A DNA stretch of 64,000 bases from an uncultured delta proteobacterium (GTDB lineage: Bacteria > Myxococcota_A > Polyangia > Fen-1088), in assembly GCA_963796685.1 (NCBI GenBank), contig CAWCMR010000006.1, forward strand, positions 160,001 to 224,000. The letters are read 5' to 3'. The notes below the pieces were generated by a model. It saw only the letters and a program-made list of their open reading frames with translations. It did no database searches and had not been told where the DNA came from. The translations under genes and the position numbers were made by a program. This document shows, in pieces, positions 21,489 through 31,258 of the stretch (positions within the stretch are counted from its first letter, which is position 1; every line of letters begins with the position of its first letter).

Positions 21489-23345
21489 ATGCACACGAAT
21501 GGACGGAAGCACATCCTGCTCGCGGCGATCGGCCTCGGGGTGGTGATGGCGCTCGGGCGAGGCGCCGCCGCTGCGGGCGCGCAACCAACGGCCGAAATCA
21601 GCCCTGCGCAAATCGCACTGGACCAGACCGCCGAGCTTCGCATCGACAAATCCGCCGCGAGCAACGCCGTGCCTCGGCACGTGGACGGGCTGCATTTCCA
21701 GCGCACGGGTGAGAGCACCGAGATGACCAATGTCAACGGCTCGGTTTCGCAGCACACCTGGGTCCTTTATCAGGTTGTCGCAGACCACCCCGGCTCGTAC
21801 AGCATTCCAATCGGTGGAGATACCCTTACTCTCGAGGTCGGTCCGACGGGCAGCGGAGGCGCACGCGCGCACTTCGGTCCATCGGCCGGCTCCGGAGTGT
21901 CGGCCGAGAAGGGAGCGCATCAAGGAACGCTGGCGTTCCTGCGCGTGGTGTTGCCGAAGAAGAAGGTGTTCATCGGGCAAGCCGTCCCCGTGACGTTCAA
22001 GGCGTACTTTCGCGCCGGTACCGAGGTCACCCTCTCTGGAGCGCCGAGCTTGGGTGTTCCCGCCTTTACGATCAGCCATCTCGACGACAACCCCCGCCAG
22101 AGCATCGAATCCATCGGCGGGGTGCCTTATCGGGTCGCCACGTGGACAGGCCAGGCTTCGGCCGCCATGTCCGGTCACTTCACGGCCCAGGCGACGCTTC
22201 CCATCGTGGCGCGCTACCGCGAGGCATCGCCTCAGGAACCTGCCACCGATCCCTTCGGCTCCATGTTCGACGATGACGACATGTTCTCGGTTTCACCCTC
22301 CAAAATGCTTCGTTCCTTCATGAAGCAATCGGCTTTTGGTGGTGCCCTTGGCGACATGTTCGGCCAGGAACGCGAGCGCGAGATGACCCTTCATGCCCCT
22401 GCGCAAGGGGTCGACGTGCTGGCCCTTCCCACCAAGGGGCAGCCGGCCGGCTACAGCGGCGCCGTCGGTCACTTCGACGTGCGCGCAAGCCTTTCCCCGA
22501 AATCGGGCTCCATGTACGCGCCCATGACCTTGAAGATCGAGGTCACGGGGCAGGGCAACCTCGATCGGGTGTCGACCAGCGGTCTTCCTTCTTCGGCGAA
22601 ATGGAAGACCTATCCGCCCGGCTCGAAGATCACCGATAAGGGGACCAAGGTCTTCGAGCAGGCGGTGGTGCCGCAAGCGAGTGGTCACGTGGAAATTCCC
22701 GCAGTCTCGTTCAGCTTCTTCGATCCTGACCTGAAGCAGTATGTGACGCGGTCGACGACGCCGATCGGGGCGGACATCGCCTCGACCCCGGCCGGCGCCG
22801 CCACGCCAACCGTGAGCGCGGCCCCAGCCTCCTCCGAGATCGCCGGCGTGTCGCCCGGCGGGCTGCGACCCAACCACGTCGAGCAGGGAAGGTTGGTCTC
22901 GACCTTGCTGCCCCCGTACCGGCGTGCGTGGTTTTGGCCGGTGGTGGCGGCGCCATGGTTCGGGCTGGCGGGGGTGTTCGCACGACCACGCCGACGAGGC
23001 GTCTCGGCGCGCGGCCGCCAAAGAGCGCTTCGCGAGACGATCGCCCGGCACCGCACGGCCATGAAGCGTGCCGCGGCCGCGGGAGATGCGGTCCGTTTCC
23101 ACGAAGCCGCCGGGGCCGCGTTGCGGGAGCGCCTGGGCGAGATGTGGAGGATCGCGCCCGACGACGTCACCGCTGCCGAGGCGGCCGCCAGAATGGGCCC
23201 GGAGGACGAGCCCATCGTGGCGGCCCTGAGATCCGCGGAGCGTTTGCGCTACGGAGGGGCGGCCGAGGATCCGTCATCGCTCGCGACCCTTCGAGAAACC
23301 GTCGAGCGCAAGCTCGAACAACTGGAGAAGCAACCATGTCGCTGA
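21489..23345 (+). CDS. batD: BatD-like protein
   Basis: Signal peptide, Ig-like beta segments, V.ALP....GYSGAVG.F, G.GNL, KTYP, IPAVSFSFFDP....Y. Confidence 0.85.
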   Translation: MHTNGRKHILLAAIGLGVVMALGRGAAAAGAQPTAEISPAQIALDQTAELRIDKSAASNAVPRHVDGLHFQRTGESTEMTNVNGSVSQHTWVLYQVVADHPGSYSIPIGGDTLTLEVGPTGSGGARAHFGPSAGSGVSAEKGAHQGTLAFLRVVLPKKKVFIGQAVPVTFKAYFRAGTEVTLSGAPSLGVPAFTISHLDDNPRQSIESIGGVPYRVATWTGQASAAMSGHFTAQATLPIVARYREASPQEPATDPFGSMFDDDDMFSVSPSKMLRSFMKQSAFGGALGDMFGQEREREMTLHAPAQGVDVLALPTKGQPAGYSGAVGHFDVRASLSPKSGSMYAPMTLKIEVTGQGNLDRVSTSGLPSSAKWKTYPPGSKITDKGTKVFEQAVVPQASGHVEIPAVSFSFFDPDLKQYVTRSTTPIGADIASTPAGAATPTVSAAPASSEIAGVSPGGLRPNHVEQGRLVSTLLPPYRRAWFWPVVAAPWFGLAGVFARPRRRGVSARGRQRALRETIARHRTAMKRAAAAGDAVRFHEAAGAALRERLGEMWRIAPDDVTAAEAAARMGPEDEPIVAALRSAERLRYGGAAEDPSSLATLRETVERKLEQLEKQPCR

Positions 23346-24112
23346 AACTGCACCCACCAGCCCGCCGGTTTTCCCTCGGCCTCTTTGCCCTCGTTGCCGT
23401 CATGACCGTTGCCCTCACCGGTCTGGCGCGCGCGGCGTCGCCAGGCGTCAGCTTCGACGAGGCCAACCGGCTGTTTTCGCAGGGCCGCTACGCCGAAGCG
23501 GCGGCCGAGCTCGAAGCCATCGGACGGTTGCGTGGATGGTCGGCCCCGCTGCTCTACGATCTCGCCAATACGTATGCGAAAGAGGGCCAGATCGGACAGT
23601 CCATTTTGGACTACGAGCGCGCGCAGGTGCTGGCGCCAAGGGACGCGGATATCGCCGCCAACCTGGCCTACGTGCGGGCGACAGCAGGGCTGCCGGTTCC
23701 GGCGTGGCCGTGGCACGATCGCCTGGTTCGCCTGCTCACGCCTGCGACGTGGACCTGGCTGGCCGTCACGGGCTGCTTTCTTGCCGGCGTCGGATTCGTG
23801 GCGAGGTGGAGGTGGCGGCGCCGCCGACTGGTCTACGCCGCGGTTCTTGCCGCGCTCATGGGCGGGACCGCCGTGGCCGCGACAGTGATCCTGGATCGGG
23901 ACCTGGACCACGCCGTCGTCGTCGAAAGGAAGATGGCGCCGGTCCTGGTATCTCCGTTCGAAGGCGCCGCCAGCGAAGTCTCGCTGAGTGAAGGGGAGGA
24001 CGTCTCCGTCATCGGGCGCCACGATGACTTCGTGCGGGTACGCGATGGCAATGGACGCACGGGTTGGGTACAATCCGGCGCGGTGCTGCCGGTTGTTCCC
24101 CGGCGTTCTTGA
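23336..24112 (+). CDS. batE: BatE-like TPR + SH3b protein
   Basis: FDEAN.LF..G.Y, LYDLANTY...G..G.SIL.YERA..LAP.D.DI.ANL, two TM helices, C-terminal ..GRTGWV SH3b-like domain. ATG overlaps the batD end. Confidence 0.85.
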   Translation: MSLKLHPPARRFSLGLFALVAVMTVALTGLARAASPGVSFDEANRLFSQGRYAEAAAELEAIGRLRGWSAPLLYDLANTYAKEGQIGQSILDYERAQVLAPRDADIAANLAYVRATAGLPVPAWPWHDRLVRLLTPATWTWLAVTGCFLAGVGFVARWRWRRRRLVYAAVLAALMGGTAVAATVILDRDLDHAVVVERKMAPVLVSPFEGAASEVSLSEGEDVSVIGRHDDFVRVRDGNGRTGWVQSGAVLPVVPRRS

Positions 24113-24142
24113 CCGGGAGCTGGCGGCTGTGCCGCAAGCCCC

Positions 24143-24820
24143 ATGCGATTCCTCCTGATCGAAGACGACGAAAAGATCGGCAGCTTCATCGCAAAGGGCT
24201 TGCGCCAAGAGGGGCATGCGGTGGAATGGAGCCGCCACGGGGACGAGGGCTTGGTCTTCGCCTTGGATGGGCACTTCGATGCGGCAGTCGTCGACCTCAT
24301 GCTGCCCGGCCGGGACGGGCTGGGCGTCATCCGCGAGCTGCGCGAGCGCCGGCACAAGCTGCCCGTCATCATTCTCAGCGCGAGGAGCGACGTCGAGGAT
24401 CGCATCAAGGGACTGTCGGTCGGGGCGGATGACTACCTGACCAAGCCGTTCTCGTTCGCGGAGCTGCTGGCCCGTTTGCACGCGCTGGTACGAAGGTCGA
24501 GCGCCGCCGAGGAGACGGTGCGAACGCTTTCATTCGAGGACTTGACGCTCGACCTGGAATCAAGGCGCGTGACGCGTGGAGGAAAACCGATCGAGCTCCA
24601 GGCACGGGAGTTCTCTCTCCTCGTCTACCTGTTGCGAAATGCCGGCCGGGTCCTGTCGAAGACGATGATCCTCGAGCACATCTGGAGCTATTCCTTCGAC
24701 CCACAGACCAACGTGGTCGACGTGTTGGTCAGCCGGTTGCGCCGGAAGATCGATCGCGACTTCCCGGTCAAGCTGATCCAAACCTTGCGCGGAGTCGGGT
24801 ATGTCCTCCGCAAGGCGTAG
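24143..24820 (+). CDS. OmpR/PhoB-family response regulator (CusR/CopR-like)
   Basis: LIEDD, DLMLPG, GADDYLTKPF receiver; TNVVDV.VSRLR.KID...TLRGVGY wHTH. Confidence 0.95.
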   Translation: MRFLLIEDDEKIGSFIAKGLRQEGHAVEWSRHGDEGLVFALDGHFDAAVVDLMLPGRDGLGVIRELRERRHKLPVIILSARSDVEDRIKGLSVGADDYLTKPFSFAELLARLHALVRRSSAAEETVRTLSFEDLTLDLESRRVTRGGKPIELQAREFSLLVYLLRNAGRVLSKTMILEHIWSYSFDPQTNVVDVLVSRLRRKIDRDFPVKLIQTLRGVGYVLRKA

Positions 24821-26186
24821 CCGACTGCGCTCGCTGGGTGTTCGCTTGACGATTTGGTATTTCCTGGTCCTTCTCGCCAGCACCATCCTGCTGTCCGCCG
24901 CTGCCGAATTTCGCATTCGCTCGTCGATTCGGGAGCGGGTCGTGGAGATCCTGACCAGCAGCCTGAACCGGCACAAACAAGCCTTCGAGGCGGATGGCAT
25001 CGCGGGGCTTCGGAAGCTGACCGAGTCGTCGGAGGATCGGCGCCGTTTGCTGTACGTGCGCGTGGTCGATCGCACCGACACGACGATCTTCGAGCGGGCG
25101 AATCCCGGAATATTCTTCGCCCCGGATTCAATCGCGGTGAACCGGTCGTCCCCCAAGGTGCGTTCGGTGCGCGAACAAGGCAGCGGTTCCCTGTGGAACC
25201 TGACGGCGACACCGCTCGGCGAAGGGCGATGGCTGCAGGTCGCGATCAGCGACCAAGGGACGCAGGAGGTCGTTGGCCATTTGCGTGCCGGGTTGGCCGC
25301 GGTGTGGATCGGGGCGGTGGTGCTCGGGCTGGTGGGGGGCTTTTTTCTCACCCGGCGGGCGTTGCATCCGATCCAACGCCTGGCCAGCACGGCGCGCAAG
25401 GTGATCGACTCCGGGGATCTGGCTTTGCGGGTCGTCGAACGGGGCACGCATGACGAGCTCGACGAGCTCTCTCACCTCTTCAACGGCGTGCTTTCACGCA
25501 ATGAAAACCTGGTGCAAGGCATGCGCAAGGCGCTCGACAATGTTGCCCACGATTTGCGTACTCCGCTCACGCGATTGCGGACGGGCGCGGAGGTGGCGCT
25601 GCGCGATGGGGCGGATCCGACACGGCTCCGCGACGCCCTGGCCGACACGCTGGAAGAGTCCGACCATGTGCTGGCGATGTTGAAGACGCTGATGGATATC
25701 TCGGAGGCGGAAACCGGCGTGATGAAGCTCGACCGCACCCATGTCGATTTGAGCGAGCTGGCAAGAGATGCCATCGACATTTACCAACACGTGGGGGAAG
25801 AGAAGGGCGTTCGGCTCCTGACCCATCTGACCGCCGGAGTCAAGGTGATGGCCGACGCCATTCGCATGCAGCAGGTGATCGCCAATCTCATCGACAACGC
25901 AATCAAATACACGCCCACCGGTGGACAAGTCGAAATCACCACGAGCTACGCGGAGCCGTGGGCTTCGCTCGAGGTCAAGGATACCGGCATGGGCATCGCA
26001 CGGGAGGATCAGCCGAGGATTTGGCAGCGACTCTACCGCGCGGACCGGAGCCGAAGCGAGCATGGCCTGGGCCTTGGGCTCAGTCTCGTGAAGGCCATCG
26101 TCGAAGCGCATGGTGGACAGGCCAAGGTGACAAGCGCACCCGGCGCCGGCGCGGCATTCACGGTTCGACTGCCCTCGGCGCTGTAA
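24801..26186 (+). CDS. Sensor histidine kinase (2 TM, HAMP, HisKA, HATPase)
   Basis: AHDLRTPL H-box, NLIDNAIKY, DTGMGI, GLGLGL. Confidence 0.95.
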   Translation: MSSARRSRLRSLGVRLTIWYFLVLLASTILLSAAAEFRIRSSIRERVVEILTSSLNRHKQAFEADGIAGLRKLTESSEDRRRLLYVRVVDRTDTTIFERANPGIFFAPDSIAVNRSSPKVRSVREQGSGSLWNLTATPLGEGRWLQVAISDQGTQEVVGHLRAGLAAVWIGAVVLGLVGGFFLTRRALHPIQRLASTARKVIDSGDLALRVVERGTHDELDELSHLFNGVLSRNENLVQGMRKALDNVAHDLRTPLTRLRTGAEVALRDGADPTRLRDALADTLEESDHVLAMLKTLMDISEAETGVMKLDRTHVDLSELARDAIDIYQHVGEEKGVRLLTHLTAGVKVMADAIRMQQVIANLIDNAIKYTPTGGQVEITTSYAEPWASLEVKDTGMGIAREDQPRIWQRLYRADRSRSEHGLGLGLSLVKAIVEAHGGQAKVTSAPGAGAAFTVRLPSAL

Positions 26187-26211
26187 TCAGTCGAAGCGGG
26201 CCGGCCGGCGC

Positions 26212-26312
26212 GAGGCGGGTTGCCACGCGTGGCTGCCTGCCACACGCGAGCGGGGCATTGCGCGCGGCAAAGCTCCGAATCCTCGTCACGCCCTCTTGGC
26301 ACATCGAATGCA
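26212..26312 (+). promoter_or_regulatory. Tandem palindromic operator plus sigma54 -24/-12 promoter
   Basis: GAGGCG-GGT-TGCCAC gc GTGGCT-GCC-TGCCAC (26212-26243); TGGCACATCGAATGCA (26297-26312). Confidence 0.75.
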
Positions 26313-26350
26313 GCGTTGAGCGCTCGAGTAACTACTTGAGGAGTTATGCG

Positions 26351-26818
26351 ATGGAAACAACCGGCGACCCGAGCTCGGCTCTCGAAACGACAGCGGCAGA
26401 AGGTCCGGCCAAGGCCTCTGCCCGGAGATCGCGGGTGCTTATCGCGGAAGACGATTGGGCCTTCAGGGACATGTTGCTCTTTGCCTTCCAGGACCAAGGT
26501 TGCGATGTCGTCGCGGTCGGCGACGGTGCCGCCTTCCTCGATGTCCTTGCGTCGACTCTGCTGCCGAAGTCTTCGGTCAAACCGTTCGATCTGGTGGTGT
26601 CCGATATCAGAATGCCGCGCTGGCGTGGTCTCGCCGACCTGGAGAGTCTGAGCCATAGCCCGAAGGTTCCACCCATTGTCGTGATCACGGCCTTCGGCAC
26701 CGACGAGGTTCACCAACGGGCCGAGCGGGCTGGCGCGGTGGCGGTACTGGACAAGCCCTTCGACATCGCGGACCTCACGGCCTTGGGCCGTCGTGTGATC
26801 AGCCGGCGCGCAGCATAA
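26351..26818 (+). CDS. Stand-alone receiver-domain response regulator (paralog 1)
   Basis: VLIAEDD, VVSDIRMP, ITAFG, VLDKPF; no output domain. Confidence 0.9.
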   Translation: METTGDPSSALETTAAEGPAKASARRSRVLIAEDDWAFRDMLLFAFQDQGCDVVAVGDGAAFLDVLASTLLPKSSVKPFDLVVSDIRMPRWRGLADLESLSHSPKVPPIVVITAFGTDEVHQRAERAGAVAVLDKPFDIADLTALGRRVISRRAA

Positions 26819-26837
26819 CAAGGAGGCTCGACCAGCC

Positions 26838-27395
26838 ATGCCAATCAATCCACCGCAATCGCATCTCTACCACTCGATAACCCTGGAAGCGGCCAATCAG
26901 AAGCTCGGACATGCCAGCCGCAAGAGCCTCAGCCAGGCGCTCAATCTCGTGGCCTACATCGACATGATGACCGTACTGGTCATCTTCCTACTCATGACCT
27001 TTCAGGCCAATGGCGAGATTCTCTTCATCCAGAAGAACATCACCTTGCCGGAGGCGCAAAATTGGACCGATCTGGAACGGGCACCGGTCATTGCCATGAC
27101 CAAGGACGTGGTCACGCTGGACGGGAGGCAAGTCGCGACCGGGGACGATCTCATGCGGGACTCTGCCACGGGCGACATGAGAATCGGGGAATTGATGGAC
27201 GAGCTGGTCACCGACAAGAACAACTACAAGCTCTTGCACCCCACCGAGGATTTCAAGGGCGTTTGCATCATCCAGGCGGACAAGAACGTCGAGTTCAAGG
27301 AGCTCAAGAGAGTCATGTTCTCGGCCGCGGCAGCCGGTTACCAAAACGTGAATTTCGCCGTCCGTCCCAAGGCGCGCGTTGCCGTAGGAGAGTAG
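26838..27395 (+). CDS. exbD: ExbD/TolR-family protein (myxobacterial type)
   Basis: LNLVAYIDMMTVLVIFLL TM with conserved Asp; IQADK.V.F...V..SA..AG..NVNFAV. AAGGAGG RBS. Confidence 0.88.
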   Translation: MPINPPQSHLYHSITLEAANQKLGHASRKSLSQALNLVAYIDMMTVLVIFLLMTFQANGEILFIQKNITLPEAQNWTDLERAPVIAMTKDVVTLDGRQVATGDDLMRDSATGDMRIGELMDELVTDKNNYKLLHPTEDFKGVCIIQADKNVEFKELKRVMFSAAAAGYQNVNFAVRPKARVAVGE

Positions 27396-27493
27396 CGGCG
27401 GACGTTGCGAAACGCACGGGTCAGCGGGCTTCTTTGGGCTTTAGGGAGACGCGGCGGTTCTTCGCCCAGCACGCCTCGTTGTGTTTTTGTGGG

Positions 27494-29005
27494 TCAGCGA
27501 AGTACGCGGTACAAGGCGATGTTCATGTAGGGAGAAGAAAATCGCTTCATGAGCTCGGTTCGGACTCCGGGGGGCGGCGCGAAGCGGCCATAGATTTCGC
27601 TGGCGAAGATGTACTTGTCCTCGGGAGAGTATCGGTAGGACGAGCGGTTGAACTTCTCCGGGGAATAGCCGTACCGCGGATCCTCCAGGCCGAAGATGGT
27701 GGGAAAATTGGCCAGGATGGGCTTGTCCGTGCCGACCGCGCCTTCCAGGTAGCGGGTTGCCTCCTGTTGCAGTCGGACCGCCTCGCGGAAGCTCATGTCG
27801 TAGGCACAATTGAAGGTGGGGGAGCTCAGGTCGCCGAGGCACAGGAGCCCGAGTGCTGCGGTCGCCGGCAGTAGCAGCTTGGCCTGGTCGCGGACCAATT
27901 CGTAAAGCGCCCGAGCGGCGAGCATGGCGAGCGGTGGAAGCAGACACATGAGGTAGCGCTTCATGAACACGTTGCCGGCGGAGAACGACAGCATTCCGAC
28001 CTCGAAGACCGCGAAGGTCCAGGCCACGCTGGGAACGAAGCGCGCCTCGCCCTCGCGCCGCCCGAGCAGCCTGAATAGAATCCACAGCGCCACGACCACG
28101 GACAGAGCAAGCCGTCCCTGTTCCACGAAGACGAAGGTGATGCCGGCGACCAGCTGCCCTTTCATGGCAAACCAGTGGAAGTTCACGAGGTTCCTATGTA
28201 GCGGGTAGAGGTACCAGCCGTTCTGACGCTTTTGAGCCAGCAGGAAGGTGCCGTAGAGCAGGCCGGGAATGACGAAGGCCAGCAGCCCGTGGAGAATGTC
28301 CCCGCGCCGCCGTTCGGGTAGTCGCATGACCAGGATGACGGCAAAGGTCGCGGCCAACACCACCGCCGTCTCTTTCAAAAAGATGGCCAGCCCGAGGAAG
28401 ATCCCGGCTTGCAGGTATTGCGCGCGCCAGAAAGCGTGCAAGGCCCACAGGGCAGCCAACGCGAGAGGGACCTCGGGCAAGAGCAGGGTGCTTTGGGCGA
28501 GGAAGAGCGGTTGTACCAACAACAGACCGACTGCGGCCAATGCAACCGGCGTGTTCCAGTGTATGCGCGCAATCCAGAACACGGACACGGCCAAACCCGT
28601 CGACACGAGAAGCATGCAGACATGCGCGACCAGCGGCGTGACGCCGAAGATGCGAAACAACGCCCCGAAGACGAAGGGAAGCAAGAGCGGATGCCCGCGC
28701 GACAGGTCGGGCGGAAGATAGGCGGGCAAAAGGCCCAAGGCGTGGTCATGCAGGTACACCGCTGCCCTGGCGTAGACGCCGAGCTCGTCCCAGAAATACG
28801 GTAAGGACAGGTCGTGCACCTTGTAGATCCAGAACGGCAGCAGGAGGAGCCCAAGGGCCCACCAAGCCGCGCCCGGTGCGCTCCAGGGCGCTCGGGTGCG
28901 AGAGGACTTGGCCTGATGGCGCTCCCGAGAGCTCGAGGTCACCGAGAGAATTCGGTCTGTCACGGTCTTGGCATGAGAGCCCAGGTAGTTGAGCACGCTC
29001 GTCAC
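27494..29005 (-). CDS. GT-C fold (ArnT/PMT_2-like) membrane glycosyltransferase
   Basis: WDE..Y luminal motif, GHPLL, LLPE, LKET, KRY...LLP and many TM helices. Confidence 0.8.
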   Translation of the reverse strand: MTSVLNYLGSHAKTVTDRILSVTSSSRERHQAKSSRTRAPWSAPGAAWWALGLLLLPFWIYKVHDLSLPYFWDELGVYARAAVYLHDHALGLLPAYLPPDLSRGHPLLLPFVFGALFRIFGVTPLVAHVCMLLVSTGLAVSVFWIARIHWNTPVALAAVGLLLVQPLFLAQSTLLLPEVPLALAALWALHAFWRAQYLQAGIFLGLAIFLKETAVVLAATFAVILVMRLPERRRGDILHGLLAFVIPGLLYGTFLLAQKRQNGWYLYPLHRNLVNFHWFAMKGQLVAGITFVFVEQGRLALSVVVALWILFRLLGRREGEARFVPSVAWTFAVFEVGMLSFSAGNVFMKRYLMCLLPPLAMLAARALYELVRDQAKLLLPATAALGLLCLGDLSSPTFNCAYDMSFREAVRLQQEATRYLEGAVGTDKPILANFPTIFGLEDPRYGYSPEKFNRSSYRYSPEDKYIFASEIYGRFAPPPGVRTELMKRFSSPYMNIALYRVLR

Positions 29006-29025
29006 CTATTTCGCGTTGTGGGCCA

Positions 29026-29115
29026 TGCACGGGGAGTGCCACGAAGCAACCGACTATGGGCGCGACCACGACCTCCCATCACCGTGACATTGCGCCACGC
29101 GTGGCAATGTGCCAC
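29026..29115 (-). promoter_or_regulatory. Sigma54 promoter plus tandem palindromic operator for the GT-C gene
   Basis: Minus strand TGGCACTCCCCGTGCA (29041-29026); GTGACA-TTG-CGCCAC gc GTGGCA-ATG-TGCCAC (29084-29115). Confidence 0.78.
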
Positions 29116-29134
29116 GCCTCGGCTCGACGAAGAA

Positions 29135-29527
29135 CTAATTATGTCTCTTCCTGCTCTTCTTGGATTTCGGCTTGTCCTTGCTGTTGTCAGCGCTCGCTTC
29201 CGGGGTTGCCTGGGAAGGGTTCCCCCCACCCATGTCGGGAAGTTTTGCGTGATTGCACTTGCCGGCCACGCAAGTCCATCGCTGGCCCACGGGGGGAAGT
29301 CCCACGGTATCCACACAGTCGAAGCTCTCCTCGCACTTGCCTGGGTCCAGCTTCGGGCGGCTGACCACGGGCGTGGTGACCGCTGGCTCTGGGGAGGCTT
29401 CAGGCGCGGGGCTGGAGGCCGCGACCTTCGTAGGGGCAGGGCTTGCAGCGGGCGGTTGGGCGGGCGCGGACGCGCAGGAGCACGCGAGGGCGAGGGCGAA
29501 CGGGACCGTAAGCACAGTTCGTAGCAT
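29135..29527 (-). CDS. Small Pro/Ala-rich, Cys-containing lipoprotein
   Basis: GGAGG RBS, MLRTVLTVPFALALAC signal, C-x5-C-x14-C-x4-C module, basic tail. Confidence 0.75.
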   Translation of the reverse strand: MLRTVLTVPFALALACSCASAPAQPPAASPAPTKVAASSPAPEASPEPAVTTPVVSRPKLDPGKCEESFDCVDTVGLPPVGQRWTCVAGKCNHAKLPDMGGGNPSQATPEASADNSKDKPKSKKSRKRHN

Positions 29528-29585
29528 TGGCTTCACCTCCGGGACACGAGTTGCACGAATTGGATTGAGAGCGCAGCCCTCCACC

Positions 29586-29651
29586 CGCAAGCGCCGTGCC
29601 AGCCCTCGAGCGCCGTGCCAGCCCTTTCGAAGGGTTGGCCCAGGAGTTGCT
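29586..29651. promoter_or_regulatory. Divergent sigma54 promoters with a duplicated -24 element
   Basis: Minus TGGCACGGCGCTTGCG (29601-29586); plus TGGCCCAGGAGTTGCT (29636-29651); 17-bp direct repeat AGCGCCGTGCCAGCCCT at 29590-29606 and 29609-29625. Confidence 0.7.
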
Positions 29652-29669
29652 GCCCTTGGCAACGCTGGT

Positions 29670-30599
29670 GTGGAGACATTTCTAAGAAAATACATGTGGG
29701 CGCTTGACGCCGCCGTCGTGGCAGCCTGCGCGGCCCTTCTCGGACTCTCGGCCTCCAGCCTGGTCAAGTCCCGCTTCAGCGGATTGACGACGGCGAGGCC
29801 ACCTGAATTTCGACTTCGAGTCCGTTCGTACGAGCCGGCCCGTGACAAGCGGCCCGATGCGATCCTTCGGCGCGACATGTTCTGCTCGACGTGTCCCCCT
29901 TTGCTCGGGGAGGGCGAGCCGGATGCCGGAGTGGGCGAGGCTGCGCTCGAGCCGCAGGCAACCACCCTGCCGCTGGAGCTGGTGGCCGTGATGTACGCGC
30001 CTTCGGCGAAGGAGCAGAAGTGGGACACCGCCGTGATTCGAGACAAAGATAGCAAGGCCATCGGGGCTTTCGCAGTCGGGGCCCAGGTCGACGGTGCGAC
30101 CCTGGTCGACATTCTCGACACGCGGGTGTACCTGGACAATGCGGGAACCACGGAGTATCTGGACCTCCTGTCACCCCCCAAGCCCGCCCCAACCGCCGCA
30201 TCCAGGCCTGCTCCGGCCCAGCGGCCCAAGGGCGACGCATTCACGCTCGAGCTCGACCGTGGCATCAAGAAAGTCGGCGAGCATAGCTACGAGTTGCAGC
30301 GAAGCACCCTGGAGTCGGTGCTGGGAAACATCGCTCTGCTGTCCAGATCGGCGCGAATCGTCCCGGAGCTTCGCGGCGGCAAGCCCTACGGTTTTCGGCT
30401 GTTCGCGGTCCGTCCCGATGGTCCCTTCGCGAAGATTGGCCTGCAGAACGGCGATACCATCATTTCCATCAACGGACTCGAAATGACCAGCCCCGAAAAG
30501 GCGCTCGAGGTCTATGGAAAGCTCAAATCGGCCAGCCACCTGGCCTTGGGTCTGGAGCGCACCGGGAAGAAGATCGCGCAGGACTACACCATTCGGTGA
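29670..30599 (+). CDS. gspC: Type II secretion system protein GspC (TM, HR, PDZ)
   Basis: GTG start VETFLRKYMW, TM helix, ARIVP....GFRLFAVRP.....KIGLQNGD.I.SING......PEKALEVY.KL PDZ typical of myxobacterial GspC. Confidence 0.88.
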   Translation: METFLRKYMWALDAAVVAACAALLGLSASSLVKSRFSGLTTARPPEFRLRVRSYEPARDKRPDAILRRDMFCSTCPPLLGEGEPDAGVGEAALEPQATTLPLELVAVMYAPSAKEQKWDTAVIRDKDSKAIGAFAVGAQVDGATLVDILDTRVYLDNAGTTEYLDLLSPPKPAPTAASRPAPAQRPKGDAFTLELDRGIKKVGEHSYELQRSTLESVLGNIALLSRSARIVPELRGGKPYGFRLFAVRPDGPFAKIGLQNGDTIISINGLEMTSPEKALEVYGKLKSASHLALGLERTGKKIAQDYTIR

Positions 30600-30649
30600 G
30601 TCGTCGGTGTATTGCCCACAGTCCGCGGCCTCGTAGCGGGCCGCGAAGT

Positions 30650-30722
30650 GAGGCAGGGTGCCACGCCGGGACGGGTCGGCGAGAGCCACAAACCGTGGTT
30701 TTCGGATGGCACCGCTCGTGCA
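30650..30722 (+). promoter_or_regulatory. Palindromic operator plus sigma54 promoter
   Basis: GAGGCA-GGG-TGCCAC (30650-30664); TGGCACCGCTCGTGCA (30707-30722). Confidence 0.72.
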
Positions 30723-30768
30723 TGAAGGTACCAAGGTGCAAGAAGTACAGACAGGTTCTCGCGAAGCG

Positions 30769-31176
30769 ATGTCTGTTCGCAAACATCGACTTCTTGTGGC
30801 CGAGGACGACCGAGCGCTACGAGGGATGATGGTCGAAATCCTCAGATCCGACGGACACGAGGTCATCGCCGTGACCAATGGATTCGATCTCCTCGAGATG
30901 ATCGAGGTCTCGCTGGACCGGGGTGTCGGATCGGACAAATTCGATTTGGTCATCTCGGACGTTCGCATGCCTGGCCTGTCCGGACTGCATGTCTTCACCC
31001 AAGTGGGGTATGGGCCCGATATCCCTCCGGTGGTGTTCATCACCGCATTCGGCGACCAGGAGCTGCACGACCAAGCGCACCACCTTGGCGCGCTGGCGGT
31101 GCTCGACAAGCCGTTCGACATCGACGAATTGCGCGCCTTCGTCAACGGCTACTTGGCGAGCAGGGGGCGGGGTTGA
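30769..31176 (+). CDS. Stand-alone receiver-domain response regulator (paralog 2)
   Basis: LLVAEDD, VISDVRMPG, ITAFG, VLDKPF. Start chosen downstream of the sigma54 promoter. Confidence 0.9.
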   Translation: MSVRKHRLLVAEDDRALRGMMVEILRSDGHEVIAVTNGFDLLEMIEVSLDRGVGSDKFDLVISDVRMPGLSGLHVFTQVGYGPDIPPVVFITAFGDQELHDQAHHLGALAVLDKPFDIDELRAFVNGYLASRGRG

Positions 31177-31258
31177 AACCCGCCCCTACCTCTTCTGCTT
31201 GAAATCGAATTGCCTTGGCGTCGGACCGTTCCGTGCGAGTGGGCTATGGTGCGACATC

